Shown here piece after piece: positions 11,401-20,235 of a stretch of DNA of 64,000 nt. Position numbers and translations under genes: made by a program. The notes beneath the pieces were generated by a model that worked only from the letters and a program-made list of their open reading frames with translations, was not told the DNA's origin and ran no database searches. Within the stretch, counting starts at the first letter, position 1. Each line of letters starts with the position of its first letter. The DNA is from Candidatus Levyibacteriota bacterium (GTDB lineage: Bacteria > Patescibacteriota > Microgenomatia > Levybacterales > UBA12049), in the NCBI GenBank assembly GCA_043823085.1, contig JBDRBE010000001.1:113110-177109 (forward strand), in the 5' to 3' direction.

Positions 11401-12179
11401 AAAAACTTAAAGTATTCCTCTTCCGAAAGAACGCTTCCCACCTTTAGACTTTTTAGAATTCGAAGCAAAACGTCGAAAATCTCATCAATTTTTTTCTCTT
11501 CCTCTTCGTAGTGCTTAGCAAGAGCAGTCATCTTTTGTCTTTTAGCAAATTCTATTTCTTCGGAAATAAATTTCTTTTGCTCTTTACCCGCTTTGACAAC
11601 CTTTGTATCTTTTTCTTTATCTCTTATTTCTAAATCAATTTTCTTTTCCTGCGTTTTTAATTCATCCATTAAAGCATCTTTTCTTTTCTCAATAATTTTT
11701 GTAAATACATCAAGCGCTTCCTCTTTTTTCTTTTCATCAATTCTGACCACCAAGAAAGATGCATAATAGACAACAGATTCAAGGTTTTTTTGTGCAATGT
11801 CCAAAATTAAAGACAAAGAAGAAGAAGGCCCTTTAAAGAACCAAACATGAGCAATAGGCGAAGAAAGAGTTAAATGACCCATGCGCTCGCGTCTGACTCT
11901 CGAAAGAGTCACTTCAACACCGCATTTGTCGCAGATTATCCCTCTATAGCGAATTCTCTTGTACTTTCCACAGTAACATTCCCAATCTTTAGTTGGGCCA
12001 AAAATTCGCTCATCAAATAAACCGTCTTTTTCCGGCCGTAAAGTTCGATAATTAATAGTCTCCGGTTTTGTAATTTCTCCATATGACCAATTAAGAATAT
12101 CGTCTTTGTTCGCCAATAAAATTTTAAGCGATTTAAAATCAACAATAGTCTGGTCTTTTGGTTTTTTTATATTATTCAT
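8427..12179 (-). CDS. rpoC: RNA polymerase beta' subunit
   Basis: KPETINYRT, CYCGKYK zinc finger, NADFDGD, AAQSIGEPGTQLT, GLKENVIIG. Confidence 0.99.
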   Translation of the reverse strand: MNNIKKPKDQTIVDFKSLKILLANKDDILNWSYGEITKPETINYRTLRPEKDGLFDERIFGPTKDWECYCGKYKRIRYRGIICDKCGVEVTLSRVRRERMGHLTLSSPIAHVWFFKGPSSSLSLILDIAQKNLESVVYYASFLVVRIDEKKKEEALDVFTKIIEKRKDALMDELKTQEKKIDLEIRDKEKDTKVVKAGKEQKKFISEEIEFAKRQKMTALAKHYEEEEKKIDEIFDVLLRILKSLKVGSVLSEEEYFKFLEYEIPVFFTIKTGAEALLELLEKIDMSSLITHLRAEAAKSSGAKYLKIVKRLRLIEAMKKAGVTPRSIILTALPVIPPDLRPMVQLAGGRFATSDLNDLYRRIINRNNRLKHLILLGAPEIILRNEKRMLQESVDSLIDTSQRVQIISAPLRSLSDMLRGKQGRFRQNLLGKRVDYSGRSVIVVGPQLSLTQCGLPKEMALEMFKPFVLREVIIRNLAPNIKSAKRYIEKRPPEVFDILEEITKNHPVLLNRAPTLHKLGIQGFYPVLIEGAAIQLHPCVCAGYNADFDGDQMAVHIPLSQKAQEEAIRLMMPSHNLLKPADGSPITLPNKEMALGVYYLTSIDQTSRKDPMPTFASLNEALLANSFDKILLREPINVRVKDKIIETTCGRLLFNEVLPKSMGFINEAVKASGIKRIITKALTECSPKEVADLIDNIKNLGFYAATVSGISVSVFDNTMVSEKDKLIDEAEIKIGRIEEEYQKGLITREEKKRLSNEVWLKTTDVIADLTWNNLSQTNAIKSIIDSEGARAGKEQLKQLSAMRGLILDPLGKIVELPIKSNFREGLSIFEYVASARGSRKGLTDSALKTANAGYLTRRLVDVSHDVIIRDIDCGTEEGIVIEDGQKERTIAFGERIIGRFAAGNIVSKKTRKTIVKKNEEITEEKAKEIVNNDITEIIVRSPLTCRLKYGICAHCYGWDFSTRKIVDFGVPVGVIAAQSIGEPGTQLTMRVRHFGGVVMSDVTQGLPRVEELFEMRTPKSFSPVSEITGKATITKTEDGYTVLVRNTKIKPVEEREYFIPMASELLISDNDEVVAGTPIAEGYLDPKEVLKVKGLTFTQRYIIDEVQKVYESQGIAINDKHFEVILRKMSDKIIIETIGDTVLIPGDFITKASMEDINAQMLTQGGEPSTGRKVILGITKASLFSDSWLSAASFQETTKVLTDAALEGREDYLIGLKENVIIGRLIPVDSEKNGVDSDQIRVEAKVEEEV

Positions 12180-15100
12180 TATTTGTTACCTCTGCTTCCT
12201 CAATATTTGAATCTTTGATATTTTCAAGCGCAACTTCTCCTCCGCCAAGAGTCTTTACAAGTTCTTTCGCTTCTGCCTCAATTTTTTCTTCTTTTGCAAT
12301 TTCAAGCATACTTTTTTCAACAATTTCCGGCACCTGACTTTGTTCAAGCGAAACAGTAGCGCCAATTGGAACAACATTTAATGACAATGCCTGAAGTTCT
12401 TTAATTAAAACTTTAAATGATTCAGGAACTTTTGGCGTAGGAATATCTACGCCCTTAACAATAGCTTCAAAAGCCTTGGCTCTTCCCACAATATCGTCTG
12501 ATTTTATAGTTAACATTTCCTGCAAGATATACCTTGCCCTATGTGCTTCAAGCGCCCAAACTTCCATTTCTCCAAGCCGCTGTCCTCCCATTTGGGCCTT
12601 TCCTCCAAGCGGTTGTTGAGTAACCAATGAGTACGGACCCGTTGAGCGGGCATGAGTTTTATCCTCAACCATATGAATTAATTTCATAATATATTCTATT
12701 CCAACTACAACTGAATTTTCATATGCTTTGCCTGTTCGGCCGTCAAAAAGTGTTGTCTTTCCATCTTGTGACATTCCCGCTTTTTTAAGAAGATCTGTAA
12801 TCTTTTCTTCGCTAATTTTTTCAAAAACCGGAGCGGCGATTTTCATACCAAGTTTTTTGGCCGCAAGCCCCAAATGTGCTTCAAGAAGCTGTCCAAGATT
12901 CATACGGGCCAAAACCGAAATTGGCGAAATAACAATATCAACCGGAGTCCCATCTACCAAATAAGGCATGTCCGCTTGCGGTAAAATTTTTGAAATAACT
13001 CCTTTATTCCCGTGTCTTCCGGCAAGCTTATCTCCAACCACCACATGTCTAAATTGCGCAACTTCAACAATAATTTTTCGAATCATGCCCGGTTCAAGCT
13101 CGTCGCCTTTTTTACGATCTAAAATCTGAACATTAATAACAGTTCCTCTTTCTCCGTGAGGCATACGAAGCGATGTGTCACGGATCTCTCTTGCCTGCTC
13201 ACCAAAAATAGCCCGCAACAACCTTTCTTCTGCTGTTAACTCTGTTTCGCCTTTTGGTGCAATTTTACCAACTAAAATATCTCCCGGCTCAACTTCACTT
13301 CCAACAACCACAATTCCATCCTCATCAAGATTGGCCAAATCCTCTTCGGAAATATTTGGAATGTCGCGGGTTGTTTCTTCTACTCCAAGTTTCGTTTCAA
13401 CTACCGCCGCCTCGTATTTTTCAATGTGTATTGAAGATAAAATATCTTCCTTAACTAATCTTTCTGAAATAACAATAGCATCCTCATAACCTAATCCATC
13501 AAGTGACGTATAGGCAATAATTAAATTTTGTCCAAGAGCCAATTCTCCGTTATCCGAAGCCGGTCCATCAATAATGATATCGCCTTTTTTAACTTTTTGA
13601 TTGATGGCAATTAAAGGTCTTTGAGTATAAGCGGTCGCCTGTGAAGTTCTTGAAAACGTATGCAAACGATAAGTTGTCTTTTGATCTTTTGTTCCTTCTA
13701 ATACCACAATATTGCCGTCAACTGCTGTAATTTTTCCGTCAAATGGAGCTTTAACGACTCTTCCCATAACCTCGGAAACCACATGTTCCATTCCGGTTCC
13801 AACTGTTGGAGCACTTGGACAAACCAGTGGAACAGCCTGACACTGCATATGGGTTCCCATAAGCGCACGGTTTGCTTCATCGTGGGAAACAAAAGGAATT
13901 AATGACGCCGCGCTTCCAACTACTTGACGAGGAGTTACATCAACAAAATCTATTTTTTCTTTTTCAATTTCCAAAAACTCGCCATTATATCTTGCCGGAA
14001 CCCTGTCTTGAGAAATAATATCATTCTCATCTAAATCCATTGCGTGAGTAATATAATGGTTTAGCTCATCATCGGCTGAAAGATAAAAAATTTCATCGGT
14101 TGCTCTAATAATATTTTTTTTACCTTTCTTTTCTTTAACGACTCTTCTGTAAGGCGCTTCCAAAAAACCATATTTATTAATTCTGGAATACAAAGCCATA
14201 TAAGTGACCAATCCAATGTTTGGACCTTCGGGAGAGCGAATCGGACAAATTCGGCTGTATTGAGAACTGTTGATATCACGGATTGAAAAGGCCGCCCGCT
14301 CTCTTGAAATTCCGCCCGTTCCCATCACTGTTAAACGATTTAAGTTGTCAATTTCGGATAAAGGATTTGTTTGATCTAAAATAGTTGATAATTGAGAGGT
14401 TCTAAAAAATTCGTTAATTGAGGCCATAATTGGACGCGCATTAATTAAATTATAAATTTGAACCGGAACATCCGGTTGAATAAGACTCATTCTTTCTTTG
14501 ATGCTTCTCTCAAGTCTTAAAACTCCGACTCTAAAAGCAGTTGTTGCAACCAATTCTCCAACGCTTCGAACACGCCTATTGGCAAGACTGTCAATATCAT
14601 CAACTTCACCTGTACCTTGAGAAAGCAAAATCAAATAACTAATAGAGGCAATAATATCATCTATTGTTAAAACATGAGTATCTGAAGCTTTGAAGCCAGG
14701 AGTTTTATCCAATTTTTTATTCATTTTATATCTTCCCACCATTCCAAGATTATATCGACGGTTATTGAAAAAGAGACCGTTAAAACTTTCTTTAATTTTT
14801 TCAAGAACTACTGGTTCTCCTGGATGCATTTTCTTAAAAATTTCAATTACAGCTTCTCCCTCGCTTTGAGTTTCATCTTTTGCGAGAGTATTATCGATAA
14901 ATGATTTTTTATCGGAAGGCAATAAGTCTTTAAATTTTTCCTTTATTTCTTCGTCAGAAGAAACACCAATAGCCCTAAGAAAAGTTGTGACCAAAAACTT
15001 TCTTCGTCTATCAATTTTAACCATGACTGTATCATGTCTTGTGGTAACAAATTCAAGCCAAGAACCATGAATTGGCCTTATTTCGGCCGAATGAAGGGTT

Positions 15101-15561
15101 TTTCCGGTAACTTGATCGGCAACAGCTGTAAAAAATACACCCGGAGATCTAACTAATTGATTAACAACTGCTCTTTCTATACCATTAATAATAAAAGTCC
15201 CCCGTTCTGTCATTTGGGGGATGTCTCCTAAAAAGACCTCCTGCTTAATAGTCTTTCCGGTCTTCTTATTAGTGAGAGTAGTTTTAACGTTAAGAGGAAT
15301 ATCAAAAGTAATACCTTTGATGAGAGCGTTTTCCGGCGTTGTCGATGCTTTGCCAAAGCGGTATTCATCCAGCGAAAGACTCCAGTTTTTTTCGGTAAAA
15401 TCGTCAATAGGAGAAACTTCCTTTAAAATCTCGGGTATGGCGACTTCCTTAAACCATCTATATGATTCTTTTTGAACGGAAAGGAGATCAAGCTTAGGCA
15501 GTATTTTATAAAATCTTCCCCAGTTCTGTCTAGTGTTATCTTTCTTGTCGGTCTTTGGCAT
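12172..15561 (-). CDS. rpoB: RNA polymerase beta subunit
   Basis: GTFIING, PEGPNIGL, GDKLAGRHGNKG, GGQRLGEMEVWALEA. Overlaps the rpoC start. Confidence 0.99.
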   Translation of the reverse strand: MPKTDKKDNTRQNWGRFYKILPKLDLLSVQKESYRWFKEVAIPEILKEVSPIDDFTEKNWSLSLDEYRFGKASTTPENALIKGITFDIPLNVKTTLTNKKTGKTIKQEVFLGDIPQMTERGTFIINGIERAVVNQLVRSPGVFFTAVADQVTGKTLHSAEIRPIHGSWLEFVTTRHDTVMVKIDRRRKFLVTTFLRAIGVSSDEEIKEKFKDLLPSDKKSFIDNTLAKDETQSEGEAVIEIFKKMHPGEPVVLEKIKESFNGLFFNNRRYNLGMVGRYKMNKKLDKTPGFKASDTHVLTIDDIIASISYLILLSQGTGEVDDIDSLANRRVRSVGELVATTAFRVGVLRLERSIKERMSLIQPDVPVQIYNLINARPIMASINEFFRTSQLSTILDQTNPLSEIDNLNRLTVMGTGGISRERAAFSIRDINSSQYSRICPIRSPEGPNIGLVTYMALYSRINKYGFLEAPYRRVVKEKKGKKNIIRATDEIFYLSADDELNHYITHAMDLDENDIISQDRVPARYNGEFLEIEKEKIDFVDVTPRQVVGSAASLIPFVSHDEANRALMGTHMQCQAVPLVCPSAPTVGTGMEHVVSEVMGRVVKAPFDGKITAVDGNIVVLEGTKDQKTTYRLHTFSRTSQATAYTQRPLIAINQKVKKGDIIIDGPASDNGELALGQNLIIAYTSLDGLGYEDAIVISERLVKEDILSSIHIEKYEAAVVETKLGVEETTRDIPNISEEDLANLDEDGIVVVGSEVEPGDILVGKIAPKGETELTAEERLLRAIFGEQAREIRDTSLRMPHGERGTVINVQILDRKKGDELEPGMIRKIIVEVAQFRHVVVGDKLAGRHGNKGVISKILPQADMPYLVDGTPVDIVISPISVLARMNLGQLLEAHLGLAAKKLGMKIAAPVFEKISEEKITDLLKKAGMSQDGKTTLFDGRTGKAYENSVVVGIEYIMKLIHMVEDKTHARSTGPYSLVTQQPLGGKAQMGGQRLGEMEVWALEAHRARYILQEMLTIKSDDIVGRAKAFEAIVKGVDIPTPKVPESFKVLIKELQALSLNVVPIGATVSLEQSQVPEIVEKSMLEIAKEEKIEAEAKELVKTLGGGEVALENIKDSNIEEAEVTNNE

Positions 15562-15758
15562 TTAAAAATAATTTCGAGAGGGCAACCCTTTATACAATAA
15601 AAACCCTCGGTGAATCCACCTTTTTAGATCTTAAAACTAAAGTGCTTTGTGTATAACATATTATTTACAGCTCTGTCAATAACCTATAGTATATTACTGC
15701 TAGCAGATGTATTTTTTTATTTGGCGGGGGGGCCTTTTCATGAGATGATGTAAGATTA

Positions 15759-15882
15759 CCGCGAGGAGGCATAAAATTTTCGCAGTTCGCATCTTTGCGA
15801 GCGACGCTACGTTGATGAGCAGATTGAGACCGATCGCGAGAGAAACTGCGGAACAAGAAAATTTTTGTGCCGACCTAAGCGG
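15759..15882. mobile_element. ~125 nt long imperfect hairpin (MITE-like element or structured RNA) between rpoB and trxB
   Basis: Arm ccgcgaggaggcataaaattttcgcagtt pairs with aactgcgg...aaatttttgtgccgacctaagcgg. GC-rich relative to flanks. Confidence 0.5.
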
Positions 15883-15915
15883 CACCAACGGATTTATTTA
15901 TGCTAAAATGATTAT

Positions 15916-16893
15916 ATGTACGATTTGATTATTGTCGGTTCTGGGCCTTCGGGACTCACCGCTTCAATTTACGCTTCCTGCTTTGCTCTAAATCATTTAG
16001 TAATTGGAAAAGTTTTGGGCGGACAAATGTCTTTGGCTCACAATATTCTAAATTACCCGGGTTTTGAAAATATTACAGGCATGGAATTGACAGAAAAAAT
16101 GGCCTCGCAAGTAAAGCTAAGAGGCGGACAGATTATTAATGATTCCGTAATTAAAATAGAGAAGGTTGACGATTTTTTAAAATTAAATACTGAAAGCGGA
16201 AAAAATTATGAGACAAAAACCATAATTTTGGCAAGCGGCACAGAAAAAAAGAAATTAAATGTTAAAGGAGAAGCACAATATTCAGGAAAAGGCGTTTCTT
16301 ACTGCACGCCTTGCGACAGTTTCGATATTCAAGATAAAATTTGCGCCATTGTAGGAGGCGCAAACTCTGCTGTAAGTTCGGCAATTACTGTTTCGCAAAA
16401 AGCAAAAAAAGTCTACCTTATTTATAGGGGTGAGAGTTTACGCGCTGATCCACTTTGGCTTGAACAATTAAAAAATAATTCAAAAATTGAAGTAATTTAT
16501 CAAAGTACGGTTGGTGAAATTACAGGCAACGGACAAAAAGTAACTGGAATAAAATTAAATTCGGTAAACTCCAGTGTTCTAAACCGTCCCAACACCCCTA
16601 ATGAATTAGCTGTTGATAAAATTTTTATTGAAATCGGCGGAGTTCCAGGCACTGCTCTTTTAATTCCTTTGGGAGTTGCAACCGACCAAGGAGGATATAT
16701 AAAAGTTGATGAAAATCTTTCGACAAATGTCCCTGGAATTTTTGCGGCAGGAGATGTAATAAGTTACAAATTATCTATTGAACAAATATGTTCTGCTGTC
16801 GGTCTTGGGGCAAGAGGCGCTACATCTTGTTTTGCTTATCTTAAAGGCCAAAAACCCCCCTCTCTCTGGGGCGAAAGCCAGATTAAGAGGTAA
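15916..16893 (+). CDS. trxB: thioredoxin reductase-like FAD/NAD(P)H oxidoreductase
   Basis: GSGPSG, GKGVSYCTPCD (CxxC), VGGANSA, GIFAAGD. Confidence 0.85.
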   Translation: MYDLIIVGSGPSGLTASIYASCFALNHLVIGKVLGGQMSLAHNILNYPGFENITGMELTEKMASQVKLRGGQIINDSVIKIEKVDDFLKLNTESGKNYETKTIILASGTEKKKLNVKGEAQYSGKGVSYCTPCDSFDIQDKICAIVGGANSAVSSAITVSQKAKKVYLIYRGESLRADPLWLEQLKNNSKIEVIYQSTVGEITGNGQKVTGIKLNSVNSSVLNRPNTPNELAVDKIFIEIGGVPGTALLIPLGVATDQGGYIKVDENLSTNVPGIFAAGDVISYKLSIEQICSAVGLGARGATSCFAYLKGQKPPSLWGESQIKR

Positions 16894-16904
16894 AATTTTG
16901 AAAT

Positions 16905-17906
16905 TTATTGTGGGGCTTTTGGAGCGGAAGCTGCTTCTGCTCTTTTTTTCATTATATTAAAAAGCTTGGCCAAATCAACATCTGGATATTTTTTTAAACA
17001 ATCTCGGCATAAAATAACTGCTTCTTTAAAATGAAAATAAATTACTAAATCCATCTCGGCTTCAAATTCTTCCAACTGTTGTTTTTGAACTTTAAAAATA
17101 AACATTATGACTTCGGCGACAAATACAGGAATCTTATCCCGATTACAGTCAACGCTATTAACAACCTCCCTCTTCGCAACTAAATCTGCCAATTCAGAAA
17201 GCCTTTGCTCATCCCATGTTCTAACAACTTCTAACTGTTCATCCGTAATCTTTGACATTTCTTCTATTGCATTCTCTCTTCTTATAACTTCCTCATCTAC
17301 CATTTTTTTTGCGTCTTCGATGCCATGCGGTACAACTCTGCCGCCTTTGTCACGCGCAAAAATTATTGTTTGCGGCTGTGTAGAAGCAGAATCTTTTGGT
17401 AAAGGGCGTTTTCCAAATTTTTCTGGTAATTTTTTACTAATTTTTCTTTCTTTTACTCTTGAGGCATTTCCTTTTTGTGCAAGCGGCTTGGGATCATGAA
17501 ATAATTCTGCCAAAGGATGTGAATTCAGGACTCTCCGCGCTTCTATAACTCCTTCTCTTGGATCTGTTTTCCAAACAGAATGATAGACAGCTAAAGCCCT
17601 TATCATGTCTTGCGTTGCGTACAAACGATCTCGTCTTCCATGTCTCTTCCTCTCAAATTCAATAATTCCCAAGCTTCGTACCAACTCATAAATACTGTTT
17701 GCCTGCCATGATTCCATTCTAAAGGCTTCAGAAAAATTTCTATGAATCTGGCTACAAGGAGTGGGCCAAATTTCTATCTCTTTTATTCGCTTGTCAACTC
17801 TTTTTAAAACCTCTTTCGTATTAGAATTTAATATGCAGTCATAATTAGTATGTAATTCTTGTTTTCTCGAAAAAGCCATATTAAACACTTCTTTTAAGAT
17901 TCTCAT
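16905..17906 (-). CDS. hypothetical protein
   Basis: 333-aa ORF, no motif recognised. Confidence 0.6.
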   Translation of the reverse strand: MRILKEVFNMAFSRKQELHTNYDCILNSNTKEVLKRVDKRIKEIEIWPTPCSQIHRNFSEAFRMESWQANSIYELVRSLGIIEFERKRHGRRDRLYATQDMIRALAVYHSVWKTDPREGVIEARRVLNSHPLAELFHDPKPLAQKGNASRVKERKISKKLPEKFGKRPLPKDSASTQPQTIIFARDKGGRVVPHGIEDAKKMVDEEVIRRENAIEEMSKITDEQLEVVRTWDEQRLSELADLVAKREVVNSVDCNRDKIPVFVAEVIMFIFKVQKQQLEEFEAEMDLVIYFHFKEAVILCRDCLKKYPDVDLAKLFNIMKKRAEAASAPKAPQ

Positions 17907-17950
17907 AAATGTTTAACGTGGATCATGACACTTTTTACCAGATTAATCAA

Positions 17951-18565
17951 CTATTCTTCAAATGTCATTTTTTGGTAGATTTTGCGGGTTACTTCAACAT
18001 CTTTTCGGCAGTACTGGCAAATTTCTTTTATTTTTCCGTCTTTGAATGCTTTTGCGACATCTTTTCCCTCCATTCCTCCTTCTTTTGGCGAGGAAAAACC
18101 CAATGCTTTGGAAAGGGCATGAAGAGAAATTTTAGAAAAAGTATTCCATTTGCTCCATTCATACATCACATCATAAATCGGATTATTTCTGTATCTTGCA
18201 AAATTAAGCCACTGGGTTGGCCTTACTCCAAGAATTATTGAACGCTGATAAATAAATCTTAAATCAAAATCCATGACATTAAAGCCGATAAATAAATCTA
18301 TATTTCTGGCAATCTCCCAAAAACTTTTTAGAATTTCTTTTTCGTTTCCGGATAATGATTTTACTTCTCCGCCATCAATCGCGTAAGATAAACAAACAAT
18401 TCTGCCAAAAGACCCGTCAAAAGTTGTCGCTTCCAAATACTCTGCAAATGAACCGACTTTTTTACCATCGGCCAGTCTTTTCCTGTGAATTTGGCGTAAA
18501 ACTTCATGCTGTTCTTCTCCGGCCGGAACAGTTTCGATATCCAAAAATAATTTTTTCATAAGCAT
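17951..18565 (-). CDS. PolB-like 3'-5' exonuclease (RNase H fold)
   Basis: FLDIET (ExoI), GFNVMDFD (ExoII), YCRKD (ExoIII). Confidence 0.85.
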   Translation of the reverse strand: MLMKKLFLDIETVPAGEEQHEVLRQIHRKRLADGKKVGSFAEYLEATTFDGSFGRIVCLSYAIDGGEVKSLSGNEKEILKSFWEIARNIDLFIGFNVMDFDLRFIYQRSIILGVRPTQWLNFARYRNNPIYDVMYEWSKWNTFSKISLHALSKALGFSSPKEGGMEGKDVAKAFKDGKIKEICQYCRKDVEVTRKIYQKMTFEE

Positions 18566-18647
18566 TTCATTTTACCATAATTACTGCAAATTACCGAATT
18601 AAAAGAATTTATGACGGGGTTATACTAAGCCAATCATCGGGAAGAAC

Positions 18648-19154
18648 TCATAGATAAAGATAAGCTTTAAATACTCTTCCTGCTATTGAGCTGGCAAACT
18701 TTTCGTCTTTGGATGAAAGAAAAACATTTTGATCACATCCAAATCTTATGGTTTCTATACATTCTGGATTATAATTATCCCTATCCAAATCCCCTTCCTC
18801 AGGCAGAAAATAGATTACCCCTCGGTCATGCTGTGGACCTTTTAACCTAAAAACAGCTATTTTTAATGCAGTACCGAATTCTGTAAGATAATTCGATCTT
18901 TGAGTTACCGCATTTTCTTGCACTCCTCCCAAAAGTCCTATCATTGACGAACAAAACTCATTCCAGTCTTTTCCTCCAAAATTGTTTTTTACAACTAACA
19001 GCTGACATCTCTTTTTCAATTTTTCCTTTTCCATCCCTTTAGCCGGCTCTATCGGACGAGGAAATTGTGGTGCTTCTTCTGACCTTTGTGAAAACAGACC
19101 GAAATAACGGACTGCACCTGCTATTAATCTCGCAGATATCGCTTCGTAACTCAT
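18648..19154 (-). CDS. hypothetical protein
   Basis: Likely start MSYEAISAR at 19154, which avoids overlap with the upstream ORF. Confidence 0.5.
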   Translation of the reverse strand: MSYEAISARLIAGAVRYFGLFSQRSEEAPQFPRPIEPAKGMEKEKLKKRCQLLVVKNNFGGKDWNEFCSSMIGLLGGVQENAVTQRSNYLTEFGTALKIAVFRLKGPQHDRGVIYFLPEEGDLDRDNYNPECIETIRFGCDQNVFLSSKDEKFASSIAGRVFKAYLYL

Positions 19155-19179
19155 AGATATTGATATGAGGATTAAATCA

Positions 19180-19566
19180 CTAAGCCTCTCTTTTATCAAG
19201 GGGAACGCAATTAGGACAACTGTTTGTTTGTGGATTATCAGAAAAAGCAAGATAGCCAAATCCTCGGTTACCATCCTCGTTAACGGGAAAATAGACAACA
19301 AGCCTTTCCTCCGGTTTTTCTCCATTTACTCTAATCCTGCGAAATTCCACATCCGCTGCTCCCAATTCAAAAAGAGAACACAGGTGAGATTGAGGATCTT
19401 CCCGAAAAGAATCTTTAACTGTTTTTAAACGCTCCTGCCAAGAACCATTTTTTTTATAAGACCTGATATCATCTATTAATCCTTGGGCATGTTCTTGAGC
19501 TTGAGGAACAAGACTCCATAATCCTTCCAAGGTTCCAGCAGCAAAACAACCTCCATTCTCTTTCAT
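19180..19566 (-). CDS. hypothetical protein
   Basis: 128-aa ORF with a C-terminal CPNC motif. Confidence 0.5.
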   Translation of the reverse strand: MKENGGCFAAGTLEGLWSLVPQAQEHAQGLIDDIRSYKKNGSWQERLKTVKDSFREDPQSHLCSLFELGAADVEFRRIRVNGEKPEERLVVYFPVNEDGNRGFGYLAFSDNPQTNSCPNCVPLDKREA

Positions 19567-19624
19567 TAATTTTTGGGTCAGTAATAATGTATTATATTCC
19601 TTTTTCTTCTTTTATCAAGGTTAT

Positions 19625-20167
19625 TTATTTTACATCCACAAGTTCCAAATCAAAAATTAGGGTAGCGTTTGGGGGAATGACATCTCTTATTCCTTGCGGG
19701 CCATAACCAAGATTTGGCGGAATAATCAATCTTCTTTGTCCGCCGACTTTCATACCAATTACTCCCATATCCCAGCCTTTAATAACATTTCCTACTCCAA
19801 TCTGCACCTCAATTGGCTTGCCTGTATCATATGAGCTGTCAAATTTTTTACCGTCAGTTAAAGTTCCCGTATAATTTATTAAAATTGTGTCTCCTGTCTT
19901 TGCTTCTTTTCCGGTGCCAATTTTTATATCCTGAATTTTTAAAGTTGACGCAGAAGATGCACTCTGCATAGCAGAATCTGCTAAAACCTGTGTCGGAGAA
20001 GGGATTGAAACTGAATTTTGAGCAGTTGTTGGTTGCGATTTAATCGGAGATGGCAAGGTAACTTCACCAAGGGTTTGTCCTGAATTTTGGATTCTATTCA
20101 AGATTTGTTCACGAATTAGTAAACCGGCAATAATTAAAATAATAATTGAAAAAATAATTTTATTCAT
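19625..20167 (-). CDS. FKBP-type peptidyl-prolyl isomerase with N-terminal membrane anchor
   Basis: YTGTLTDGKKFDSS, VIKGWD, GMKVGG, LGYG, IPPNATLIF. Confidence 0.93.
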   Translation of the reverse strand: MNKIIFSIIILIIAGLLIREQILNRIQNSGQTLGEVTLPSPIKSQPTTAQNSVSIPSPTQVLADSAMQSASSASTLKIQDIKIGTGKEAKTGDTILINYTGTLTDGKKFDSSYDTGKPIEVQIGVGNVIKGWDMGVIGMKVGGQRRLIIPPNLGYGPQGIRDVIPPNATLIFDLELVDVK

Positions 20168-20235
20168 TTATTTTTTTTCGATTATATCATAAACTCATCA
20201 CAAACAATTAAACCCATGCTATAATCAAGAATAGA

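Noticed and set aside
11430-11750. Charged coiled-coil insertion in RpoC as a novelty
   Set aside because: Lineage-specific beta' insertions at this position are already known in several phyla.
8584-15475. Antisense and alternate-frame ORFs within rpoB/rpoC, and similar ones in fusA, dnaK, pnp and ftsK
   Set aside because: Shadow ORFs of conserved genes with no independent motifs.
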